This document shows, piece after piece, positions 1-12,200 of a stretch of 64,000 bases of DNA. Where the stretch lies: positions 38,440,001 through 38,504,000 of the forward strand of contig NC_047029.1 in assembly GCF_902652985.1 (NCBI RefSeq), read 5' to 3'. The notes below the pieces were generated by a model. That model was not told where the DNA came from. It saw only the letters and a program-made list of their open reading frames with translations, and did no database searches. How positions within the stretch are numbered: position 1 is the first letter of the stretch; each line of letters opens with the position of its first letter. Position numbers and translations under genes: made by a program. Source of the DNA: Pecten maximus. Taxonomy: Eukaryota.

Positions 1-609
1 GTTCGCAGTTGTTTTATATATTCTTGAAAATATATATAGATTTTATCAATTTATTACTTGAAAGAATAAACCTACTGGTTTTTTTGGTATGATGTGAACT
101 AATTTGTAATATTTGTATACGTTTCCGAATTTGTCAGTTTTGTATATTGATCAGCGGCATTTCAAATTAGGTCATATCCTTACACCACACCTGATTGTGA
201 AAAGAATATACATTGACACAAAACCGGTAATTTCATTCTCAAAATATCCTTTCTATTGTGGTAGAAACATGTCACACAAACTCGTGGTTGTTGTATATGG
301 TATACGCTAAAGCTCGTGTTTTTGTAACATTTGAAAAATAACTCGAGTGAAAGAAATACCATATACAACTTCAACTCGTTGTGAAACCTCTATATATACG
401 AGACTCCGAATTGTTTATGGTATGTGTTTGCTGCAGAATGTTACCCAGACGTGTTAGCGTATTTGTTTTCTTCCTATTTTACCCACAAACTGGGTCGGTC
501 GGCAAAACCGCGAAATATGACTCCCATAAAATTTAGCAGATATACAATATCAGCAAGACTAGCTTTAAAACAGCAAGTAATACATAGTGTAACACTGTAT
601 ATCTTTTAT

Positions 610-2992
610 TTAATATCTGGTACAGTCAGCAGACGATCTCTGAGTACAGGTGTCATCAGAGGCTGTTTCTGTGTATCCAGTAGCTGTGGTCAACCCGGAT
701 CCTGTTGAAGTAAAAATAGCAGTAAATGTGATGTATATATAACAATCTATATCCTTATATGTGTATTCATATATTATAACGCGATGATTGATGTTTACAT
801 ATGTAAGCAAAACCAATCATTAGGTAAGTCAATTCTAAATACTATCACGTGTCTGCATGGGTTAGAATACGATAATTCTATCAACTACTCTTTGTGTAAA
901 CTGATGAGTTAGAAATCTTACTCTTGTTATGTGAATGACCGTATGTCATTTTGTGATATTCGACAATAGATATATAGCTGAAATAAATTTTAATGAAAAC
1001 AAATGTCACTGAACATGTCAAAATGGAAATGAACTCAAATTGTCAGAGAAGCGAAGTAAAATCTTTAAGTATAAATAACTAATAAGGTGAGTAGCCTGGT
1101 CACATATCGTGAATTTGTAAGCCTAAGATAAGTGTTTCGTATAGTGGAGATAAGAACCGGTTCACTCAGAATTACTCCATGAGAACAACCACCTGTCCAT
1201 GCTTGCGTAAATGATAAGGCGATGTTATTTGTATTTGTTTTCCTAATAAACCCCACTTACGCCCATTTAAACGTTTTGTAACACACAAATTAAGGTGGTA
1301 CTAACCTTCCAGCAGATTGAACATGTTACAGTAGTTTGTTCCCGCGTCTAGAACAGCATACCAGGTTTCGGCAGTAGAGTAACCCTACAAAGTGACAAAC
1401 AAACAACATAAACTAATTATTCTCTAATTAGGAGTATACAGTGTCGTCCATAAAGTCACACACACTCTTTTGACTTGTTGAAATATCAGTGAATAATTAG
1501 TGAATCAAAAGATAAATATTTGCAAGTCCTTGACGATATTGTTCCAAAAATTATCTATATGCTTTTAAGCTAATGTTAACAGAAACCCCCGACCAAATGA
1601 AGTGTAAATTATAGATTTGGTTCCTTCCTCTGATGGAAGAAAAATCACCCCGATAAACATAGATATAATTTCGAGTCCAATTATACATTTTAATTTGTCG
1701 TAAATTTGGCGTTTTCGCTCGGTACGTATAGTTAGCTTATTTATTCTGTGAAAGTAAGTACTTAATTTAACAAACTAAAATAACATATTATTGCAAAAAA
1801 TGTCGCATTGTGAGTATTTGTATATCATCAATAACTGCATGGACTTTAGATAGACTATAAAAGTATTACCATCAGAAGCCAACAGAAAATAAACAGAATT
1901 TCAAAACTTTTTTCTGCAAAGTGCATATAACTCATGGATTGCAATGTATATATTTCTTATGGATAATTAATTTTGCGAAGTTTTCATTGCGAAATCATAT
2001 AAAACTGATGATCTTAATTCTACATTGATAGCTGGTAACTTTAGAATAGATGTAAGGAACTTTTTATTCTTTTGTACAGTTTAAGTAACTGTGTAAATGT
2101 TAAACAGTTTTTCAGGCAAAGCCCGTCCAAAAACAGCACGTTTTGTTATCAACATTTACATCAATATGACAGGAGTCGTCTTGTGACGTCAGAGTGAATG
2201 TTACGTCATCAATATAGTGCTTCAGTGGGGTTTCATGGGTCAGCTTCATTACACCACCGCTGTTACTTTTTAGCTAGAAAAGAGTAAAACAAACAGCATG
2301 TTATCGTTTCAGCACAAACACTTTCACGGTAAATAGACATGGATTTTATTACAGAAAGTGCACCGTGTCCTTGATTACTAGGCATCATAAACACAATATT
2401 TCGTTACAGAATAATATTCTTCTCATATAATGTATTGTATAATGATTGTCTGAAATATTCGATCTTAAAACGAATTAGAATATAGTTTGTTGAACATGCT
2501 TCCATACCACATATAAACATTTCTCGTTGATAGGTCCAGATTTACAGTTTTCTGGGCCTGACCAGGTACGGATCTGGTTTAGTAAAGCCGTTTCCACTTG
2601 GCTGCAGGCCATTCCTACCGACCTGGGGAAACATTAACAAGTTAATCGGGTAATCAGAAAACAATCCTTTCAGAACAACATTGTAGTATATACACTTCCT
2701 TCAATAAAATCATAGATATTGGTACCAAAATGTGCATTTACCAAAATGATATGCATGTTCATAATTATATTGTAAATTATGCATTTAAACATTCTGAACA
2801 GTTCAGTAAAAACACAAAGCTCTTTTAGAAAAATAATTTCCCATCTACATATTTAAATATATATATATATGTGTGTGTGTGTGTATACCATTGTGCCTTG
2901 CATGATGCATGCGCGGGTCCACTTCCGAACAGAAAAGCTAGAGAGGAACCCGTCAGGCTCAGGAACAAGACGATAGATATGCAACCCTTCAT
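610..2992 (-). CDS. Uncharacterised secreted cysteine-rich protein, paralogue B (167 aa, 5 exons)
   Basis: Spliced by hand with GT-AG introns and consistent phases: 2992-2889, 2622-2508, 2273-2160, 1384-1306, 701-610 (504 nt). Protein: MKGCISIVLFLSLTGSSLAFLFGSGPAHASCKAQWSVGMACSQVETALLNQIRTWSGPENCKSGPINEKCLYVLKSNSGGVMKLTHETPLKHYIDDVTFTLTSQDDSCHIDGYSTAETWYAVLDAGTNYCNMFNLLEGSGLTTATGYTETASDDTCTQRSSADCTRY. Hydrophobic signal-peptide-like N-terminus and 8 Cys in the mature part. Same exon structure as 5095-8102. Confidence 0.92.
1573..1730 (+). mobile_element. Truncated copy of the small TIR element at 3929-4201, in intron 3 of paralogue B
   Basis: Shares ATGTTAACAGAAACCCC, cctctgatgg and aaatttggcgttttcgc blocks with 3929-4090; no right TIR seen. 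Confidence 0.55.
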
Positions 2993-3018
2993 AGTGTAAC
3001 AAATGGACGTAAGGAGTC

Positions 3019-3057
3019 AACTGAAAAGCTAGAGATCAAATCCCGTCAAATTTATAG
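3019..3057 (-). promoter_or_regulatory. TATA box plus initiator of paralogue B
   Basis: Minus-strand TATAAA (3056-3051) and TCAGTT Inr-like motif (3024-3019), about 30 nt upstream of the ATG at 2992. Confidence 0.5.
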
Positions 3058-3358
3058 CACGATCTTTGTTGTCTGAACCAAGGCATTGTTAGCTTGATAC
3101 GGCACGAGTTGTTATGTATGTTATACATTTGATACGAATAATAATTTACATCAAATAAAGGAAGGTTTCCTTTCGCTGTATTCTGCCACTCAAAGTTGTT
3201 TTATTGTATATTGAATTAAAACATGTTGTGTAAATTGGTTGACGTTGTTTGTATTTGGCTACTAAGACATTAGCTGTAAAGATAACAAAGATAAGGACCT
3301 CTATATACCTTATCTATCGGTCAATATAAATACTAGTGTGATTAGTCGGAAACTATCA

Positions 3359-3582
3359 GGGGCCGCGGTGGCCAAGTGGTTAAGGTGCCATGTCCTGCCA
3401 CTGTATCACCAGCCCTCCACCTCTAGGTCGCGATTTCGAAACCCACATGGGGTAGTTGCCAGGTACTGACCGTAGGCCGGTGGTTTTTCTTCGGATACTC
3501 TTTCCTCTACCTCCAACACATGGCACGTCACTAAATGACCCTAGCTGTTAATAGGACGTTAAACTAAATAAACCAATAAACC
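3359..3582 (+). mobile_element. tRNA-derived SINE (copy 1)
   Basis: GGGGCCGCGGTGGCCAAGTGG A-box head, TTCGAAACCC B-box-like motif, central GGTGGTTTTTCT.CGG.TACTC block resembling V/Meta-type SINE cores, and an AAACC-type tail. Clear second copy at 27580-27800. Confidence 0.8.
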
Positions 3583-3928
3583 AAAAAAAGTCAAACACTA
3601 TAGTTAGGATATCTATCTTGATACACACCGGGTAAACGAACGTTTTTGCAATATTTTAATGTCATAATGCCAATGTGTTAAGGTGCCTGTACTTCTGCTG
3701 TTATTTCGAAATGTGTGTGTGTTGTCCCCTGGCAAATAGCTATTGCAATGAAAATGTACGAATGAACCTAACTCAAACTTGATATCGTAACCTCGTCTGT
3801 TCAAAGTTTAAACACATTTATTGGTATGTAAAGAGGTGTAACAGCAAAACTGGAAAATAGGAAATAAGCAATAATTAATGTAATAGTATTATGTACAGTA
3901 TAGAGCGACTTAGGTAGCTTTTATGGTA

Positions 3929-4201
3929 ATGTTAACAGAAACCCCGACCAGGCGACGTGTAAATTGGAGATGGGTTCCCAACTTCCCTCCTCTGATGGAA
4001 AAAATCACCTCCAATAATGATAGATTTAATATTGAGTTTAATTATACAATTCAGTTTATCATAAATTTGGCGTTTTCGCCCTGGACGTATTTAGAATTTG
4101 TGTACAATTGTAATCCTTTTAATACGTTGTATGGACGTACCAGACGTTAACGATGTGACATGAATATAACGTGTATGGACCTTTTGTATTTCTGTTAACA
4201 T
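3929..4201. mobile_element. MITE-like element with 13-bp terminal inverted repeats
   Basis: ATGTTAACAGAAA (3929) and TTTCTGTTAACAT (ends 4201); partial second copy at 1573; no clear TSD. Confidence 0.55.
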
Positions 4202-5094
4202 CGGTTCTGGTTGCCCTAATGCCAACATTTCCTGTATTGTTGTCGGTACTATCAGGTCTTATGCAGGTAAATCATGGATTGTGTTCTATTACTAACGACT
4301 CGAGCCAATGCTTGAAATCAAGATAGACCTATATACAAATCTATTTCATAATCTTAAAACCAATATTGGAATGGTTTAATGCCTTCTTAGAATTTTACTA
4401 CAGGCAATCCAGTTTTGAAACCCGATGTCGACAGCACAACCGGTGTTATGTTGAGAAATCATCTGGACGTTTTACACCTGTGTGTTTCCGACAAGAGCAA
4501 TGAACATCTTAGTACTTCTTAATCATTATATCTTGGCAGTTTGGTGCATATACTTCAAATCAATATAAATCACCACTACATAAAAACATACCACAAAACA
4601 CCATTAATATGATGAAAAAAGATTTTCACACGAACTGCTTTCGAGAAAACACCGCTCATTGGCTGCATTTGCTGGGGTCATTGTACATTCTATTGATTAT
4701 ATGTCATGAGGATCGAGAGGGTGGTTTTGTTTTGAGGTTATATATTTAGATGAAGGTTTTAGAATACATCATAGCATATATATATATATATAGATTGCAT
4801 GTTGTACTATACGTATATTTACTTCCACTGTGTAGTTGCTTTTAAATCATCATACCACTTATATCAGTCTTTACCGATACGTATCATTTATGACAATATA
4901 ATTATCGTACCACTTTATCGAAATATAGGTGTTAAGTGTTTCACGGAATCCTGGTATCATATACTTTCTCAGAAACAAACCTACAGTCTGATAGGACCCA
5001 GGTACGTGTATTGTTTTCCGTTTCGAAAACGATTTTGATGATTTCATGAAATTATGTATCAATAATAAGACCAATTGACCTGAGTTGTTTTATT

Positions 5095-8000
5095 TTAATA
5101 TCGTGTACAGTTGGCAGACGAGTGTTGAGTACAGATGGCGTCACTAGTCGTCTCGGTGTAGCCAGCAAGTTGTGTAAGCTGTGAACCTGTAGAAGACGAA
5201 TTATATATACATGTACTGACATAAAAACAATGATGTCCAGTAGGATCTGTGTATCAGATATATGTGATATCCGTACTCTTTTTTGTATTTAACGTACAAA
5301 TTATACTGTATATAAAATTAATTTACTCGAAATCCCCTCATTGAGGAATATTTACCGATTGTAGGTGGCATTCTTTACATTTGTTTTGAAACAATCCTAG
5401 CCACCTCTCATTTAAGAACGCGCCATTATCTGAGTTGAGTAGCTGAAGACGCCTACCTTTATAAAATGCATGGCTATATTCTCCGTGTATATTATGGCTC
5501 CTCTCATAAGCCTATATGATGTTAATTCCCCGTTATTTTTTGTTGTTGTTGTTGATTTTTTTGTTTGTTTTTTTTTTTAAATATTTTCTCCTGTTGTTAT
5601 TTATTATACTAGTTATTTTTGACGTTAGTATTAGGTTATATTGTTATCATTGTTCAGTATATTGGTTTTCATTGTCAACTTACCTTCCAGGAGATTATAC
5701 ATGTTACAGTAGTTGGTCCCGTAGTCGAGTACAGCATACCATGTCTCTGCCCTTGACATACCCTATAAAGGCACCCATCAGTATTATCATAACTTCATCA
5801 ATATAAAACCTGCTGGTATATAACTTCATCAATATATTACATGTTTGTTTATAGATTCATTAATATATTCCATGTTGTTATATAACTTCATCAATATATC
5901 TATTGTTTGCATATACTTCATCAATATATTTCATGCTGGTATATAACTTCATCAGTATATTACATGTGTGTATATAACTTCATCAATAGATTACATGTTT
6001 GCATATAACTTTTTCAATATAGTACATACTGATATATAACTTCGTGAATATATGACATATTGGTATATAACTTCATCAATATATTACATGATGGTTGATA
6101 ATTTCATCAGTATATTACATGCTAATATATAACTTAATCAATATATTACATGTTTGCATATAACTGTATATATCAAATGCTGGTATCTAACTTCATTAAT
6201 AAATCATATGTTGACTTTGTTTTTTCTATATTACATATTGGTATATAACTTCATCAATGTATTACATGTTGGTATTTAACTTCATCAATATGTTATCTGT
6301 TTGAATATAACTTCATTAATATATTACACGCCGATGTTGGTATATAGCTTAATCAATATATTTCATGCTGGAAGATGAATTCATAAATATATATCATATG
6401 TTGGTATATAGCTTCATTAATATACTACATGTTGGTATATAACTTAAACAATATACTACATGTTGGTTTATAACTTCTTCAATATATTAGATATATAACA
6501 TGCATATAAAATGCACAAACACGTATTGCGGTATGTACATATACAGATGAAGGTTGAATTAGGTAATAAATATTGGTTTGAAGTATTTGGTACATTCACT
6601 TAATTACTTATTGTACTATTTTATAACAGAAGACTTCAAAATGATCACACTATATCTTGTCGTTTGTTTCTTAGTTGTTATTCTTCGCTGATAATATTTT
6701 ACTGGCGTATAAAACTGTTAATTCTTACAAAACGGCCTTTAGATTTGAAATTACACCAAACCCTTAGCATGCCGATCCATCGGTGCTCAGTGACCCCATA
6801 GAGCGCGTGATTGGTATATAAGAGTTGTCTGACTTACCTTGACTGTACACTGACCACCACTGGGGGTCATGTCTCCGTCGGTTAGTGTAAACGTGATGTC
6901 ATCGATGTAATGCTTCAGTGGTGTCTCGTGAGTTAGTTTCAGAACGCCACCTGAGTTACTTTTCAGCTGAAAAGGGGCACGACGAAAAGTAGCTTTTATC
7001 AACAGAGAAATACTATAAAATCAGCAGGTATCAGTAAAATTACGTATTAGCTGAGTTACTCGTTAAATAAAACATATTACACTGTACTCCTCCTTGAACA
7101 ACCGACTACATGAACTCGAAAAAACAAAGTTCTTGATAGGATAAGAAAATATGACACTTATCACCGACTATATGACTTCCAATTGATAAGAAGGGTCTTG
7201 CAATAATAATAATAAAGTATGAGATGTACCATCGCCTTCATGACCTTCAAAATATAACAAAAGTCTTGATATGATATGACATACCATTTCAACGCCTTGA
7301 TATTCATGTATCCTGACTGGAAGTATTCAAAATGTTATTTTACTTAAGACTTAAAAGAAATGTTCTCATTTTGCAAGATAAGCTGACTCTACAGACCACA
7401 TAGAGGCATTTCTCGTTGGTTGGTCCTGATCGACAGTTGTCAGGCCCACTCCAAGCCTGAACTTGCGAGAGTAAACTTGACAGTATGGTATCACAGCTCT
7501 TTCCGAACGTCCTACATCACAAAAACATGACTTTAGGTAGATACGTAATCATTTATGAACATAGCTACATAATTATGAACTTATCATTTTAATGGGATTG
7601 TAAACTGATGCTGATCTAATAAAAAATCTTCTGGTAAATTAGAAGTTTGAAGACTGTAACATTTGAAATCACTTATCATCGTTATTGACGGAAGGATTCT
7701 TTTGTAAAATAAGTTGCAGTGACTGCGGAACTCGTTATTGGAAGTGCAGTTCTTCAATAAATGATTAAAACATAGTTATGTTTCGGTTTCAATATTTGCA
7801 GATATCTAATTTGCGTCGATTCAATCAAGTTATAAAATGATTCATGCACAGTACATAATTGCTTTCAGACAACATACTGTTGAATGACATATTGTTTTCA
7901 AATAGGTAGATTATTTCATGTTCAGCTTTAAGCTTTTTTTTTAGCTTACTTATATAAGTATATAATGTATCTATGTATATAATGTTTACTGTGTTACCTA

Positions 8001-8102
8001 CCACGTGGCTTTACATGAGGCGTGAGCAGGACCGTTTACGAGGAAACCTACAGAGGTTCCAATGAGGCAAAAAAGGCCAGCAAGCGCTACGTATCCTCTC
8101 AT
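5095..8102 (-). CDS. Uncharacterised secreted cysteine-rich protein, paralogue A (171 aa, 5 exons)
   Basis: Exons 8102-8002, 7511-7397, 6966-6838, 5762-5684, 5186-5095 (516 nt), all GT-AG and phase-consistent. Protein: MRGYVALAGLFCLIGTSVGFLVNGPAHASCKATWTFGKSCDTILSSLLSQVQAWSGPDNCRSGPTNEKCLYVLKSNSGGVLKLTHETPLKHYIDDITFTLTDGDMTPSGGQCTVKGMSRAETWYAVLDYGTNYCNMYNLLEGSQLTQLAGYTETTSDAICTQHSSANCTRY. About 70% identical to paralogue B in the mature region by hand alignment. Confidence 0.92.
5785..6490. repeat. Degenerate 31-bp tandem array (about 22 units) in intron 3 of paralogue A
   Basis: Consensus TGGTATATAACTTCATCAATATATTACATGT; starts about 20 bp from the exon 4 acceptor. Confidence 0.85.
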
Positions 8103-8123
8103 GTTGTAATATCGAGATCACCA

Positions 8124-8160
8124 ATATCTGGAGCAAGTCAGCGATCTGCTCTTTTTATAC
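8124..8160 (-). promoter_or_regulatory. TATA box plus Inr-like motif of paralogue A
   Basis: Minus-strand GTATAAAAAG (8160-8151) with CCAGAT 30 nt downstream and the ATG at 8102; mirrors the layout of paralogue B. Confidence 0.5.
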
Positions 8161-9260
8161 TACCACGCTATTACGATAAGGATGGCCTTATTTTGTATGA
8201 CGTGTGTGTGGCGTGTTAACGGAATATGGGCTTCCTTTTTACTTGGTCATGTACTCATTTTACTATCTATGTTCTACCGTCAGATTGTTGGTACAGTTAC
8301 TAGACAGTCAGATTTTCGTAATCCCAGCTGAAATAGATTTAAACATTTAATTCAGTCAGTAAAATTCTATATAATATATACTTGGTTAACTGGAATACTC
8401 GAAATATCTCGAATGTTATAACATAACTCCACTAACGTGGATGCGACAAGGATCGAGTGTAATCTTAGACTGATTCCTCACCGATCGTATTGTCTGTAAA
8501 TTGAGTTGCTTAGCTGTGAGCTTGGCTATCTCTTAATTGATTTCTGTTTCACTGCCAAATTGATTTTGTGGTTGTTGTCGTTATTGTTTTAATTGTGTTT
8601 CTAATCCCATATCAAGACTTGACAGGTATTCCTGGTTGTAAGTCTTAACAAGCGAAAGAGCTTTTTTTTATTTACCAACAAAAAGGACGCATATCCAAGT
8701 GAGTAGTGAGGATATCTGTTACGTGTACCCTCCAAACAACTGTTGAAAAGGATTTGATCCTTCCAAAGTATATTTGTTAATTTTTCCTTCAAAACCGTGT
8801 ATTTAGTTATCATCATAAGGGATAACTTTGACCTTATCTCGATCTGTAACACAAATATGGAGTACTTGATAAGTTCATTTTGATAATCAATACAAAACGT
8901 GTGTGTATAAAGATACAATATCAAAATTCCAAAGGACAACGACACCTCTATTTAGTCATAGCATTGTTTATTTATAAAACATAAATCATATACTCAAAAG
9001 GAAAAATAAATAAGGCAAATAAAATAGTCCTTCATGTTTCGTTATCGCGAACTCTGGTAACTCGAAGACTCTGCTTAACTCGAAGTAAAATTCAGGTCTG
9101 ACAGTTAAAACGACATACAAAATATTATCGGTGACATGGAATGATCGGGCTATCTCAAGTTTTGTTATGGCCAACTTACTTCGAGATAACGAGATTCGAC
9201 TTTAATTCCATGTCTGTAATCACCTCTAGTTACGCGGTGATAATTCCTGACAGAAATCTA

Positions 9261-12200
9261 TTACAAATATTTACTGATTAGTCTGAACAGAACCAAGCTT
9301 CTGTCGACAATCATTCCAGTCACTTGTATCAGTGGTGTGAGACCTAGGGACGAAATCATGACAACACTGAAAATCGTCTTATTGTCCATGAGTTGAAGCA
9401 AAAGTCCATAACACGCGCACAGTACGATAACCCATACGGCGTTGATAGAGAGAAACCAAATCACTACTTTCTTTCTAGTTGTACGCAGCCCATTTGTCCT
9501 TTCCTCTGACGTCATACCTCCTTTAACGTTTACTCCAATAACATTATTGACAACTTTCTCCCAAAACGAAACTTCGTCCTCATTGAAGTTTTGAAGATCC
9601 AGTACAGAACTGTTCAAACTTGTGTAGGACCCTGTCGGACAAGGAAAATACTTTATAACAATACATCTACTACTGTTTTCCTTTAATAAAGATAGTCATG
9701 ATAGCAAAATTTCGCAAGATTTTATCGTATTGAGCAAAATACTTTCAGAATATTACCAAAGATCTATTTGGCATCATAACAGTTGCTTTCCTATACATTA
9801 ATTTGCTATTTCCATGGATATGGTTTCACGAGCAATTATAATTATGCTTGATCTTTTGTGATTTGGATGATGAAACAAGCAATCAATGCTTAACATACAG
9901 TAGATACTCATGTGTAAGTATGAAAACGAAAGGAATTATTCTCACTATTTAATTTCAAATGGTGTTAAAAGGTATTTCTGTTCACACCAAAGTATATTTC
10001 TAAATTACTCAGTCCTATATAAGTTTTCACCTTTAGGCGACGGTAGTGATTTCGCTTTCTTCTTCTTTTTTCTCTTTTTCAATTTCGGTAGACTTAAGAA
10101 CTTCGGTACTTTTGCCAATTGCTGTAAACATGAAAGGAAAACAAAAATATTAATCAAACTCTACAAATCTGCAGACGGTACGACTACAATCTATTTCATA
10201 CATTTCAAAAGTTAGTTGTTTGAAAAGAAATCCGCCTAACGAAATATCGTCATTTAATGTTGAGCAAATGAATATCAATCATCCGAAGTTTTAATGAAAC
10301 CTACACAGGTCTCCGATCAATATTTTACACAATTTTCACACTAAGTGAAATTTACAGCTGGAAATGTAGAATTGTTATTTCTCATCAAACTATGTAACAG
10401 TGTAATCCATCTTTAGCTCTACTTTTTAAAGTGAGTGGTCCTCATATCGTATATGTCTTTTGTTCAATCCTTTGGAATTGAGCTGGTAGACTTCAGTCCC
10501 AGAGGTTTGCCATGTCACCTTTTAATTCATTTGAATAGAGGCACCTTTCAGAAGAGCTTGGTGTTCGTTTGAAATCAAACATTTTAAATAACCAAACATA
10601 TTGATTTAAAGGTCCAATACACCTTCCAATCCACATTGTTTGATCTTATTTATTTTTCTTCGTCGTTGCCTAAGCCTTTTCCAAATATGATCAATGACGA
10701 GTCGTAGAAGGAAGACTATTGTATGGTGCAGTTATTTTGTTTCTGTCTACATCATGTAACTCTCATAGCCAACTACTTACTATTAAAGTTATCCCTAAAT
10801 GTTACAGGTACTTACGTTATCTCGAGTTCCCCAGGACTGATCGACAATGTTACACAAGGCATACACTGGTAGAATTATGTTGAGCAGTGGGAGAAAGAAC
10901 ATGTAAGGCAGGCCGTACAACAGCATCGGCAGTTCAGACGGGTGAAGTAATGCTGCCAAGGGGTAGGTGGCCGCTAGGGACAGTATCAGAATATACTCGA
11001 TGTGCCGGATCGTTTGTACTTGGTAATCTGAAAAAAATATTTATATAAATTTACAATCTAACGTTACTTGATCAATATCATTTTTTTATCTTCAATATGA
11101 TGAAAAAGTGTTTGAACAGTTTTGATTTTGTTGAAAAGTATTTGGCTTTTTTTCTAGATATGGGAACCGCTATCAATTACATTTGGACATTTTGATTATC
11201 ATTTCGCTAGTAAATTGAATTTCATCATTGAATTATATGATCTTACTGTAGTCAGTACATTGAAGCATACCTTGAATCAGTGCTTGAACGATGATTACAG
11301 ACGTTGAACCAAATACAAACAACGTCCCCAGTCCTAACACTATTATGAGTACTTTGGATATCACCAATTGTACTGAAGCAGGTATGTCTTTGACCAGCAC
11401 AATGCTGTACCCAACAATCAACAGGTAAAATGTTGGAGTTATGGCGAAAAGAGGTATCCCTGAGCCTAATTCAAGGCCGAGTGACAACATCATGACGGTA
11501 GCTCCAGGATACAACACCATGATGATGAAAAGTTGTACAACGTACAGAACGTAGGTTAAAGAGAATGCTGAGTTGAGGGTCATCAGATTGGCGATGTTTT
11601 GGATAACTAGTAAAGCGTTTGTGTAGTCCGACAGTAGCCACCGTCTTCTTTGCTTCATAAACTCTAAAGTTGTCTCGGGACAAAACGTGCTGTTTCGCCC
11701 GGTCTGTATATATCTAAGTTTCCAGCCTTTCAACATCATAAGCGTACACATCCACCGATCTTCACCTGATAACACAAGCATCGGTTACACATAAAAATCA
11801 ATTTGATGACAACTTTGGAAAATTTTATGTTTTGATGATTATGGTCGCGTTTCGACTCACTAGCAGTTTAACGGATGTTACGTTATTAGTGATTATATTA
11901 GTTATTTCAAAGGAAAATAAACTCTTAACTATCAAATCCTTATTGAGTTAAGCCGACGTATATTTCAATAATAGTTAATTTCGATGGTACATCATATACT
12001 GTAAATGAAATGTTAGAAAGAGCATCCCCAGACAATACAACGTAGAATTCGCAGGAGACAAAGTCCGTCCAGTACATCATAACATTATAATAGGAGAAAC
12101 TAGGATGCCTTACCATTATCCTTTGTGAACACATCCATCACTGTCTCGGTGGGACTGGCGTATGTTGAGAAAATATCAGATAAGGCTTCGAATCGAAACA

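Noticed and set aside
9040-9205. Mariner/pogo-type MITE remnant (TTCGAGATAACGAGATTCGAC end)
   Set aside because: Only one end is convincing; too degraded to delimit.
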